Below, in pieces: positions 40,990 to 49,720 of a DNA stretch of 64,000 bases. Under the pieces are notes generated by a model. It had not been told where the DNA came from and searched no databases. It worked only from the letters and a program-made list of their open reading frames with translations. Positions within the stretch are counted from its first letter, which is position 1, and every line of letters starts with the position of its first letter. The DNA is from a virus: IMG/VR virus record IMGVR_UViG_3300020477_000014, positions 64,001 to 128,000 of that record; one strand, 5' to 3'. The position numbers and the translations under genes were made by a program.

Positions 40990-41361
40990 ATGGAGCTTAT
41001 ATATTTTATATTAATAGCATATGGATTAACTCAAATTGTGGTTTACGGGGATATGCCTCTGATAAGGAAGTTGCGCCCCTCTAAAGAGTTTTTAAAGGGG
41101 TATGGTAAACTTTTTCATTGTCCTATGTGTATGGGTTTCCATGTTGGATGGCTTTTAATGTTACTTTCTCCGTACACTGAACTATTTAGTTTTGATGTTT
41201 CTATAGCCAACTTTTTCCTTTTGGGGTGGTTGTCGTCGGGAACGTCATATATTCTCAACATGCTTATTGGAGATCGGGGAATTAAAATTTTACGTAACGT
41301 AGAGGTAGTTAAAGATGAAGAATGGTATTTACATGACAAAGTGGATGATTCAGCCAGTTAG
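40990..41361 (+). CDS. Small membrane protein with CPMC (CxxC) motif
   Basis: Several hydrophobic stretches; LFHCPMCMGFHVG; GAGGT SD. Confidence 0.55.
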   Translation: MELIYFILIAYGLTQIVVYGDMPLIRKLRPSKEFLKGYGKLFHCPMCMGFHVGWLLMLLSPYTELFSFDVSIANFFLLGWLSSGTSYILNMLIGDRGIKILRNVEVVKDEEWYLHDKVDDSAS

Positions 41362-41425
41362 GCGATGCAAGTCAGGCTGTTGACTCACGCGGGTAGCGCC
41401 CGTTTTTTAAAACAAGGATAGCAAA

Positions 41426-42031
41426 ATGGCTAAGAAACTTTTACGAGAGTATTATCAATTGTGCGAGGGAGGCGTTTGTCAAGATTTATTAACTGAAGAA
41501 GAAAAACGTTTCGTTGCCAATGGTGGCATGATCTTATCGGGTATTATGCAAATGGCAGAAACAGTCAATGGCAATGGTCGCATTTATCCCCAAGCCGTCT
41601 TGATGAATGAAATCAAGAATTATCAAAAACTAATTAAAGAAAAGAGAGCTTTGGGAGAATTAGATCATCCTGAAGATTCTGTTATAAATTTAAGAAATGC
41701 TTCTCATTTGGTAACGTCATGCTGGATGGAAGAGAAAAATGTAATGGGGAAGATTCAAGTGTTGAATACGCCATCTGGCAAAATTTTGCAAGAGCTTGTT
41801 CGTGGAGGTGTCAGTATAGGGATTTCATCAAGAGGAATGGGCTCCGTTACAGAAAGTAACGGACAAACAATTGTAGAAGACGACTTCCAGTTAATTTGTT
41901 TTGACATGGTTTCTGAACCATCCACCCCTGGCGCCTTTATGATGCGCGAAGCAAAAGACTATGACAACCAAGTGTTTACAAGAGCCGATCGAATCAACAG
42001 GCTGTTAAACGAGGTTTTGGGAGATGAATGA
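41426..42031 (+). CDS. Prohead maturation protease (T4 gp21-like)
   Basis: NGNGRIYP, ALGELDHP, GISSRGMGS, FDMVSEPSTPGAF. Confidence 0.92.
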   Translation: MAKKLLREYYQLCEGGVCQDLLTEEEKRFVANGGMILSGIMQMAETVNGNGRIYPQAVLMNEIKNYQKLIKEKRALGELDHPEDSVINLRNASHLVTSCWMEEKNVMGKIQVLNTPSGKILQELVRGGVSIGISSRGMGSVTESNGQTIVEDDFQLICFDMVSEPSTPGAFMMREAKDYDNQVFTRADRINRLLNEVLGDE

Positions 42032-42734
42032 TTGGTCCAGTTTTCCTAAAGATAAACAACTGATGGACTCATGGAGAAAACATTTAAACGAGGGACCTTT
42101 GGATGCTATGGACGATTTCACCGATTGGTGGCGAGATAAAGAAGAGTACGACTTCGGATATAAGGGCGCTCAGCAAGGTGTTCCCCAAGACGATGTTCGC
42201 TTACCGGCGCCAGCCGCGGACGTGGAGTGGGTACCAAATGCTGAAGTAGAGTGGGAAGAAGATGAGCCCGATCTAGAAACTCTCCCTTATTTGTTGCACC
42301 ACTCTTTCGGTTCTACCCAAACCAAAAGCGACGTCTATAAGACATATAAAAATCGATATAATAGAGCCTTTAAGGAAGGCAACATTGAAACAAAAAATCA
42401 GTTTGAAAAAGACTTGACTTATTTTGTTAATTTTGTAGGGCCCTTTTTGCGGTATTATGATAAACGCAAGAGTGTTTCTGAAGAAAAAGATATTAAGGAT
42501 ATTAAAAAAATGATCAGCGTCTCTCATCGATTCGCTCAAGACAATGAGAATATATCAAATATCATAAACACCTACCGAGCAACAAAAATAGAACACCCAA
42601 ATAGTGCACAATCAGTAGCAAGAATGGCAAAACTCTTTGCTGACACGGCGGCTAAAAGACATTTGGGAAATTTGATAACTTATATTAAAAAGAGAAATAG
42701 CAATGAAAAAACAAGATCTAAAGAAACTCATTAA
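42024..42734 (+). CDS. Hypothetical protein with LMDSWRKHLNE leader variant
   Basis: ORF track; GGGAG SD; leader similar to 31699 and 33187. Confidence 0.5.
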   Translation: MNDWSSFPKDKQLMDSWRKHLNEGPLDAMDDFTDWWRDKEEYDFGYKGAQQGVPQDDVRLPAPAADVEWVPNAEVEWEEDEPDLETLPYLLHHSFGSTQTKSDVYKTYKNRYNRAFKEGNIETKNQFEKDLTYFVNFVGPFLRYYDKRKSVSEEKDIKDIKKMISVSHRFAQDNENISNIINTYRATKIEHPNSAQSVARMAKLFADTAAKRHLGNLITYIKKRNSNEKTRSKETH

Positions 42735-43140
42735 ACCATTAGTAAAAGAATGTATTCATGAAGTTCTTATCGAAGAGGGGCACCTTTCTGATATCGTAAG
42801 TGAAGTTGCAAAGGGGATGAACAGACAGCCCCTATTGGAGTCGCGGAGCCCAAAACCCTCACGCCGCCAGGAAAAAGAAGTAGAGCGCGAAAAAACACAA
42901 TACACAGAACGAAGGCGCCGCAAATTAACCGAACAGCGACAACAGTTGGCTGATGCGATTGGGCGCGACGCCTATAATGGTGTTAATTTATTTGAGGGAA
43001 CGGAGCCTTTGCGCCGTGGTGGAAAAGCCGGCGGAGATCCAGAAATGCCAGATGTGCTAGGGGATGACCACCGAGACTCCGGGGTCGATATTAGTTCTTT
43101 GTTGGGCGGAGCCACTAAAGTCTGGAAAGCAATCAAATAA
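42703..43140 (+). CDS. Hypothetical protein with MKKQDLKKLIKPLVKECIHEVL leader
   Basis: ORF track; leader similar to 32424 and 32897. Confidence 0.55.
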   Translation: MKKQDLKKLIKPLVKECIHEVLIEEGHLSDIVSEVAKGMNRQPLLESRSPKPSRRQEKEVEREKTQYTERRRRKLTEQRQQLADAIGRDAYNGVNLFEGTEPLRRGGKAGGDPEMPDVLGDDHRDSGVDISSLLGGATKVWKAIK

Positions 43141-43148
43141 GGTGTGAA

Positions 43149-43400
43149 ATGAAAAAGAAGCTAGTTTATGCAAGTGTGACTGCGAAGGAGTGTAAGGGGA
43201 ATATAGACCGCATGATTCGGAAGTTTATGAAGAAAGTTAAGAAAGAAAGAATTATTGAGCAAGTTCGAGATCGACGCTTTCACAAAAAGCCGTCGGTGAA
43301 GAAAAGAGAGAAGCGCATTAGAGCCGAACGCGCGCGTAAACGAGAGGAAGCAAAGCGTCAACGGAGATTGAAAAAACAAATGCGAAACTACAAAAAATAA
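43149..43400 (+). CDS. rpsU: Phage-encoded ribosomal protein bS21
   Basis: NIDRMIRKFMKKVKKERIIEQVRDRRFHKKPSVKKREKR matches the bS21 pattern (xLRRFKR...EVRRRE(F/Y)(Y/H)EKP); very basic; TAAGGTG SD. Confidence 0.8.
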   Translation: MKKKLVYASVTAKECKGNIDRMIRKFMKKVKKERIIEQVRDRRFHKKPSVKKREKRIRAERARKREEAKRQRRLKKQMRNYKK

Positions 43401-43439
43401 CTACTTATCTAATAGTTATTACATTTTCCGGGTTAATTT

Positions 43440-43793
43440 ATGAGTTCAAACATTTATACAGCAGGGTTAAGAAATGTCGGTAGTTATCAAGTGGCTGGCA
43501 TACCCTATCTTACAGCGTCTTATCTTATTGAGCAAGAAAAGCAATTTACATTTCCGTATGTTACTAAAAACATTTTAGTTCAAAATACAGGCTCTAATGA
43601 GTTGTATTTGTATTTTTCTGGTTCTTCAATAAACAAGTTGATAATTCCTCCGGGAAAAACTATAAATATGGATGTGAAGTGTGTGCTTATTTATGCATCG
43701 GCATCTAGTCAGACAGGCATGCAGATGGCAGCCGAATTGACCACCATAGGCACTAATCACATGTATTCATTAGATGGATTGGAGGGAGTATAG
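43440..43793 (+). CDS. Small virion protein, paralog 1 of the NVGSYQV family (117 aa)
   Basis: GLRNVGSYQVAGIPYL...FPYVTKNILV...MDVKC...ELTTI. Confidence 0.6.
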   Translation: MSSNIYTAGLRNVGSYQVAGIPYLTASYLIEQEKQFTFPYVTKNILVQNTGSNELYLYFSGSSINKLIIPPGKTINMDVKCVLIYASASSQTGMQMAAELTTIGTNHMYSLDGLEGV

Positions 43794-44161
43794 TGGCTGA
43801 TTTTATTTATAGTGTGGGCATCAACAATGTCGGATCTTATCAAGTGTCTGGGCGCCCATTTTGTGTTACTGGTACGGTGAACAATAGTGGTAGAAGAGTT
43901 GGGTTTCCGCACGTAACCAAACAATTGATAGTCATCAATCGTCATTCGGTTAACCCAATGCAGGTTTATTTTCATGTTGCTTCTCCTGATCCCAGTTGTC
44001 GATATAGCATTAATGCCGGAGAACAACAGACTTTTAATATGAAATGTAAAGAGGTTTTTGTAAGTTCGTCGGCTGCCGTAGACTATACTTTATATGCTTC
44101 TTTGACCGGTATCCCTGCTCAGCGAATGTACGCACTAACTGGATCCGGAATAACGAGTTAA
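43793..44161 (+). CDS. Small virion protein, paralog 2 of the NVGSYQV family (122 aa)
   Basis: GINNVGSYQVSGRPF...FPHVTKQLIV...FNMKCKEVFV...LTGSGITS; GTG start overlapping the upstream stop; GGAGGG SD. Confidence 0.6.
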   Translation: MADFIYSVGINNVGSYQVSGRPFCVTGTVNNSGRRVGFPHVTKQLIVINRHSVNPMQVYFHVASPDPSCRYSINAGEQQTFNMKCKEVFVSSSAAVDYTLYASLTGIPAQRMYALTGSGITS

Positions 44162-44163
44162 GC

Positions 44164-47100
44164 ATGGCCAAAAAGTATACCCCCAGCACTGGTTTGAGAA
44201 ATGTTGGTAGCTATCAAGTGTCCGGCACTCCCTTTATAAAGCGAGCCACACTTGCGTCCGGTGATGAAGTTAAAATTGAGTTTCCTTCGGTGGCGCGTAA
44301 TATAACAGTACAGTTGGATTCGGAGGTTGGTGGTGAAATTGACAACGGATCTTATAAGGTAACCAACAATGATGGCGGTGCGGTCACTCAAGGTCAAGCT
44401 TGGACAACTGACGGAAAAGAGTTCACTGTTTCATTTTGGGCTAAAGTAAATGCAGCCCCCGTGTACTCTACTATAGTTGGGTTTGCGGCATCCCCGTCGG
44501 GGCAAAACGAGGGTCGTTGGAGTTTGCGGGTCCTAGGCGCCAACAACTATAGGATGCGATTCAGAACCGCTGATAATAATTTGGTGACTGATGATTGGAC
44601 ACCTAGCTTTACCTCTACGGATTGGAATTTTTATACGCTTGTTCAAACTAAAAATCAACTTTCTCTTCATATGAACGGAAATACGACTCCGGAGAAAACT
44701 ATAACAGCAAATCCAGGAGAGGTGATAGATACTGGTAATTTAGTTAGATATCTTCAAATAGGGGATCCAAATAATACTAACGAGAGCGCACAAATCAATA
44801 TAATAGATTTGGTCGTTTGGGATCGCGCATTGAAAGATGCGGATATTACTGCTATCTATAATTCTGGCGACGAATACGATTACAAGACTGCCCTCCCTAA
44901 TCGCGATTATCCTTCTTCCAGCTTCTCGTTTGCTGATGGTACAGCATACACAAGAACCATAGCGTCCCGCGATGGACCACCCCCTAGTAGTGTGTCTTAT
45001 CCCGATCAATATACTTATACATCAGGCGATAAGGGCTGGCGCTTTATGGCACCAAAGTCGGATTCCACCGTACAGATTCGTTTGCCGATCGGCTGGAAAC
45101 ATAACGGTGTAACCCTCACCGAATACAAAGACATAAATATTCGCCTTACTGGACAAACAGCCACCCCCCTTGCAGCCCCCACATATGATGATATGTTGGT
45201 GCGCGTTTGGACGGGAGAAGCCGGCGAAAACAGCCCTATCACACCTTTAAGTAGCTCAGTCAATTTTGTCGACGCTATCAACGGATTAGGAACAACTGAT
45301 CAATATAACGTTAATACCAGCACGATGCCGGGAGGGATGACAGAAGGTCTCCCAGGATTTTCAGCATCTGTAAGTCCCAATATTCAAGGCGGCGTTGATA
45401 TGTGGGTTGCCGAAGATCAAGATCAATCACTGGCTCAATATCTGCGCATACGCACCCCTTACACCGATGATCGCGGTGCATTCATGACACCGAATGCTGT
45501 AGCCAACATGCCTTATAGTTCGGACGATGGGTGTTACGAGATTATTGCTAGCGGAAGTGGTGGCTTCAAAGCACAAGCACCGCCATGGCTTACTGACGGT
45601 CGAGAATTCACAGTATCGTTTTGGGCAAAAGTGACGTCGCGTAGCACAACATGGGGAGAGCCCGGAAACGGCAAGCGCTCACTGGTCGGCTTTGCTACCA
45701 ATCTAGTCAATCCGGGCGGTAGTGCAGAAAATACTTGGTATTTTCGTATTTATGGCGCCAACAATCCGGGCGAAAACTATTCTTTTTGTCCCAAGAAAAG
45801 CTACGATCCAGCCACACAGTCAGACACCACCGAATCTGAAACCGGTTTCAGCCTGGCGGGGACCGACTGGTCTAAGTGGCAATTTTACACCATTGTACAA
45901 AAGCGCGATTCGGCGGTGATTTACGTTGATGGCGTGGAGCGAAAGACGTATAATTTGACTGCCGGGCACGTAATTGCCACATCTCAGTATCGCTATTTGA
46001 CCTTTGGAGATCCTAGTAATCCTCAAGATGAGTCCGCCCCAATGCAAGTTCGCAATGCAGTACTCTGGGATCGCCCTCTGAGTACAGATGACATAGCTGC
46101 CATTTTTGCAAAACACAACAATGTCGATTATGAAACACCTCTCCCGGTGAGAACTTCTTATCCATCGTCAAGCTTTGTGTATTCTTACGAAGGGGCATAT
46201 CAGCACACATTTGGAAGCAAGTCAGACGAAAGTGCGTTGTCGATACTTGATCAATATACATATACCGGAGGCAATAAAGGGTTTAATTTAGAGAACTCTC
46301 AAGACGGAAGCAATTTTCAACTTTACCTTCCAGCCGGCTGGAAACAAAATGGCGCCACTTTATCTGAGCCCAAATTTATAACGTTGCAACAAGCCGGCAC
46401 AATTCCCGGCTCGATCCCAGCCGGGATTGACATGGTGGTGAAGTGTGCAACCGGCGATCCAGCCGCAGATGCCATTAACCTTGTTGATGCAATCAATGGG
46501 CTCGGAACAGTGGCTCAATATAAGGTGAGTGCCCCCACGATGCCGGGAGGAATCCAAGAAGGAGTCCCGGGACTGTCTGCTTCCATGAGTCCGAACACCG
46601 AAGGGGGAGTCGATGTGTGGGTGACCTCCGAACAAGATTCAAATTTAGCGCAATATGTGAGAGTGCGCGCACCCACTTCTGCGTCGGTCACTGGGTGGAC
46701 CGGTCTGCCGGCATCGACAGCAGTTCCAGCCGCCGCCGGTGAAATGCCTAAAGGTGTGGCACAATCATGGGAGAATAAAGATGTAGATCATGGTGGTTTT
46801 ATTGCAAAGAACCCCAATGCACCCGAAGCGTGTTTTCCAGGATATAATAGCGCCGGACAACTTCAAGGGATGACTACCTCTCTATCGTTTTGGATGAAAA
46901 TGACAGGCGATCCTTCGACGTCGGGATATACTTATGACGGCGATCCCATGATGTTAGTTTATGGATTTGGATTAGAGGATGGATCTCCGGGGTCTCATTT
47001 CTTTGGCTTTTCAGATTGGGGTACCCCCGGTGGTACCGATGCTGCTGCTAGTTTTAGAATTCAAACTCAATCTTCTTATCGTCTAAACAAGCAATTCACA

Positions 47101-49017
47101 AACATGCCCGATCCTCGCCAATGGCGCCATTATACGATTGTGTATGATCGCCTAAACGTGGTCATTGGCAATAAGATGGCGTTTTATATTGATGGTGTTC
47201 TGCATGATAGTTGGGTTGGTACCTCGCCATACCCAACTCAATATCGAAACGACGTCGCCTGGAATGTCGATTACACCCCTCAGATTGGTTCTCCGTGGGG
47301 AGGCGCCAACGCATCTAATATTGGCGTTTATAAAGATTTTATAATGTGGAACAATCGCGCCCTGAATGCTGATCAGGTTGCAGAATTGTACAATGCTGGC
47401 AATTATAACGAAGATCTCACTACCATATTTCAGACCGGAAGCGCAGGGGATCCTGTCAAGTACGGCTGTTTTTATGATAATGGTACTGATGGAACCTTTT
47501 ATAATGGAGCTAAGGGGTTTGTTGTTACGAGTAGTAATGCGGTAGCCAACACACGTTGGGGAATCCGCATACCCCCGGAGTGGCATGCAGGCTGGGGATT
47601 TAAAGATTATTGGTGGAGATTTTATGCCGATGTTTCTACACAAGCAGATCCGTCGTACAACGCTAATCAAGGTATTAAAGTCCAACTTGGGGCGACCGCC
47701 GAGGAATCAGCAGATAATTTTAGAAAATGCCTTAATAGAACCGTGGACACCAATTATTGTCGGTATTACAATGGAGATCCCACCGTGCCCGGTGGCGCCC
47801 CACAGTACCTCTCTGGCGCCATTAATGATCTTTATCCGCGCGCCGTAGATATACATGTAAGCGCTAGTTTATCTGGTGACGAGGTATACCGACAAGCAAT
47901 TTGTCCTAAGATTAGTTTCAAGCTGGTTTCCATGGTGAACCCAACAGTTGATGAAGATTTTGTTTTTCCTCCCGGCTACTATGAGGCCCTAAATGATCGG
48001 CAGCCTGGCAGTCCGCATGCTTTTTATATGACAGATTGGTTTGGGTGCACACACCCAGACAAAAGAATCTGGTGGTTATCGGATTCTGGTTCTTCCCCAG
48101 GTTCGGATATTCCCCAGGATACCCTTTCTTATCTATATAATCACGCAACAGGCACCGCAGCACAGAGTACGTTTGACGTTAGTGGTCTTGCTGACCATGA
48201 TCATCGTTTCACACACATGACGGGAACCATACGTCATGATGATAGAGGCGGCTTCACTACCGATGTTCCCTACGCTTATCCAGTTGGATTTGAGTCTTGG
48301 GTAAGTTGGAACTGGGACTGGTTCACTGACGACGTTAACGCACAAAAATTGATCTGGTATGATTGCAATCGAAATAGCGGCGATACCACGGGCTCATTAT
48401 ACAATAATTCTACGGACCCTCGGGCTATTACCGGCAGTTGTGCGACTTTTCCTAATGCTTCTGCGAGCATACCGATTTCTGATGATGGCAGATTCTATAT
48501 CGCCACGCCAACAGGATCGGCGCTAGACAAAGAGAAGTGGAACTGGAACTGGACACTAGATAACGTGAACGCACAAAAGTTGATTTGGTATGATTTTGAT
48601 ACCAATGCCAGCCCTAAACCAGATGACACAACCAGCAAATTTTGGAATCGTTCTACGGAGCGTCGAGCCATTCTGAATGGTAATCCTGATTTTCCCAACG
48701 CATCTGCGAGCGTTACAACGCCGGCTTACGGGGAATACGAGGCTAATGTTCCGCCGGGATATCCGACAGGTAGTGAGTCCGGAGGCGGTATTGCCTATAT
48801 GGGATTCAAATCCACAGGATCTTATCCGGGAGTAATCTCCAACAAGCACTATTGGAAGCTTGAGAACAAAAACGACAAATTATCTATGAACATAAAAGCA
48901 AAAGAAATCTATTTATCTGCAACAGATGGAGATTGTACTTATTCGGTACAAGCAGATCTTACTTCTATTTCTACTGAGAGCATGTTCGAGCTAACTGGCT
49001 CAGGAATAGATTCATAA
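44164..49017 (+). CDS. Large LamG-repeat virion protein, paralog 3 of the NVGSYQV family (1617 aa); probable receptor-binding/decoration protein
   Basis: Family N- and C-termini flank three LamG-like domains (FTVSFWAKV; WNFYTLV/WQFYTIV/WRHYTIV; DRAL/DRPL/NRAL) and internal repeats. Confidence 0.7.
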   Translation: MAKKYTPSTGLRNVGSYQVSGTPFIKRATLASGDEVKIEFPSVARNITVQLDSEVGGEIDNGSYKVTNNDGGAVTQGQAWTTDGKEFTVSFWAKVNAAPVYSTIVGFAASPSGQNEGRWSLRVLGANNYRMRFRTADNNLVTDDWTPSFTSTDWNFYTLVQTKNQLSLHMNGNTTPEKTITANPGEVIDTGNLVRYLQIGDPNNTNESAQINIIDLVVWDRALKDADITAIYNSGDEYDYKTALPNRDYPSSSFSFADGTAYTRTIASRDGPPPSSVSYPDQYTYTSGDKGWRFMAPKSDSTVQIRLPIGWKHNGVTLTEYKDINIRLTGQTATPLAAPTYDDMLVRVWTGEAGENSPITPLSSSVNFVDAINGLGTTDQYNVNTSTMPGGMTEGLPGFSASVSPNIQGGVDMWVAEDQDQSLAQYLRIRTPYTDDRGAFMTPNAVANMPYSSDDGCYEIIASGSGGFKAQAPPWLTDGREFTVSFWAKVTSRSTTWGEPGNGKRSLVGFATNLVNPGGSAENTWYFRIYGANNPGENYSFCPKKSYDPATQSDTTESETGFSLAGTDWSKWQFYTIVQKRDSAVIYVDGVERKTYNLTAGHVIATSQYRYLTFGDPSNPQDESAPMQVRNAVLWDRPLSTDDIAAIFAKHNNVDYETPLPVRTSYPSSSFVYSYEGAYQHTFGSKSDESALSILDQYTYTGGNKGFNLENSQDGSNFQLYLPAGWKQNGATLSEPKFITLQQAGTIPGSIPAGIDMVVKCATGDPAADAINLVDAINGLGTVAQYKVSAPTMPGGIQEGVPGLSASMSPNTEGGVDVWVTSEQDSNLAQYVRVRAPTSASVTGWTGLPASTAVPAAAGEMPKGVAQSWENKDVDHGGFIAKNPNAPEACFPGYNSAGQLQGMTTSLSFWMKMTGDPSTSGYTYDGDPMMLVYGFGLEDGSPGSHFFGFSDWGTPGGTDAAASFRIQTQSSYRLNKQFTNMPDPRQWRHYTIVYDRLNVVIGNKMAFYIDGVLHDSWVGTSPYPTQYRNDVAWNVDYTPQIGSPWGGANASNIGVYKDFIMWNNRALNADQVAELYNAGNYNEDLTTIFQTGSAGDPVKYGCFYDNGTDGTFYNGAKGFVVTSSNAVANTRWGIRIPPEWHAGWGFKDYWWRFYADVSTQADPSYNANQGIKVQLGATAEESADNFRKCLNRTVDTNYCRYYNGDPTVPGGAPQYLSGAINDLYPRAVDIHVSASLSGDEVYRQAICPKISFKLVSMVNPTVDEDFVFPPGYYEALNDRQPGSPHAFYMTDWFGCTHPDKRIWWLSDSGSSPGSDIPQDTLSYLYNHATGTAAQSTFDVSGLADHDHRFTHMTGTIRHDDRGGFTTDVPYAYPVGFESWVSWNWDWFTDDVNAQKLIWYDCNRNSGDTTGSLYNNSTDPRAITGSCATFPNASASIPISDDGRFYIATPTGSALDKEKWNWNWTLDNVNAQKLIWYDFDTNASPKPDDTTSKFWNRSTERRAILNGNPDFPNASASVTTPAYGEYEANVPPGYPTGSESGGGIAYMGFKSTGSYPGVISNKHYWKLENKNDKLSMNIKAKEIYLSATDGDCTYSVQADLTSISTESMFELTGSGIDS

Positions 49018-49030
49018 TGAGGTACATACA

Positions 49031-49705
49031 ATGAGTTTTGGATGGGCATATATAAACTGTAGCGGAAGCGGTGGTGATCACGTTGGTGGACCTCAGAGTT
49101 CGATTCAATTTATTAAACAACCCTACCATTCTACGGGATCTGCGAATTTAGTTTTCTATACTAGTTCTTATGGAGGTTACGGGCCAAACACAATGAGGCT
49201 CAAAGGCACACTGCACGTCAGTGGCACTATTAGCGCTAGCCATTATCACATTGAAAACGTTACCGAGATCGACGCTAGTGGATCTACGTACTTTGGTAAC
49301 ACAAATGACGATGTTCATATTAGGACCGGGAGCCTAGAGGTTGTTAAGGCAGACGGTAGTTATATTCTCCAGTCTTTAACTGCCACTCGCCAAACCAAAA
49401 TCAAGGCATTGCGACTAGGATTAGACATAGTGGATACAGCTATCTATACAGCCTCACAAGATACTTGTATTTTGGGTATTGCACAACCTAATGATGTGTA
49501 TATTCAATTGCTAACAGCTTCGGTAGCCGGTTCTGGATCCGTAGTGGTAATTAAGGATCAGATTGCACCCAACCGCGGCCCTTATTCTATTTATTTGTCA
49601 GCTTCGAGTTCAGATAGGATTGATGGCTCTACTATCTATGAAATGACTGGTTCTATGCTAGCCATTAATTTATATTCAGATGGGCGGAACTGGTACGTAT
49701 TCTAA
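49031..49705 (+). CDS. Fibre-like virion protein (224 aa)
   Basis: GGPQSSIQF motif; C-terminal VVIKDQ...RIDG...LYSDGRNWYVF domain shared with the next two genes. Confidence 0.55.
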   Translation: MSFGWAYINCSGSGGDHVGGPQSSIQFIKQPYHSTGSANLVFYTSSYGGYGPNTMRLKGTLHVSGTISASHYHIENVTEIDASGSTYFGNTNDDVHIRTGSLEVVKADGSYILQSLTATRQTKIKALRLGLDIVDTAIYTASQDTCILGIAQPNDVYIQLLTASVAGSGSVVVIKDQIAPNRGPYSIYLSASSSDRIDGSTIYEMTGSMLAINLYSDGRNWYVF

Positions 49706-49720
49706 GGGGAGCACACTTTA

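Noticed and set aside
41381-41383. Selenocysteine recoding of the TGA after the mini-ORF
   Set aside because: The hairpin loop is only about 11-15 nt from the UGA and is followed by a T-run; a terminator is the simpler reading. Kept only as a minor alternative in the findings.
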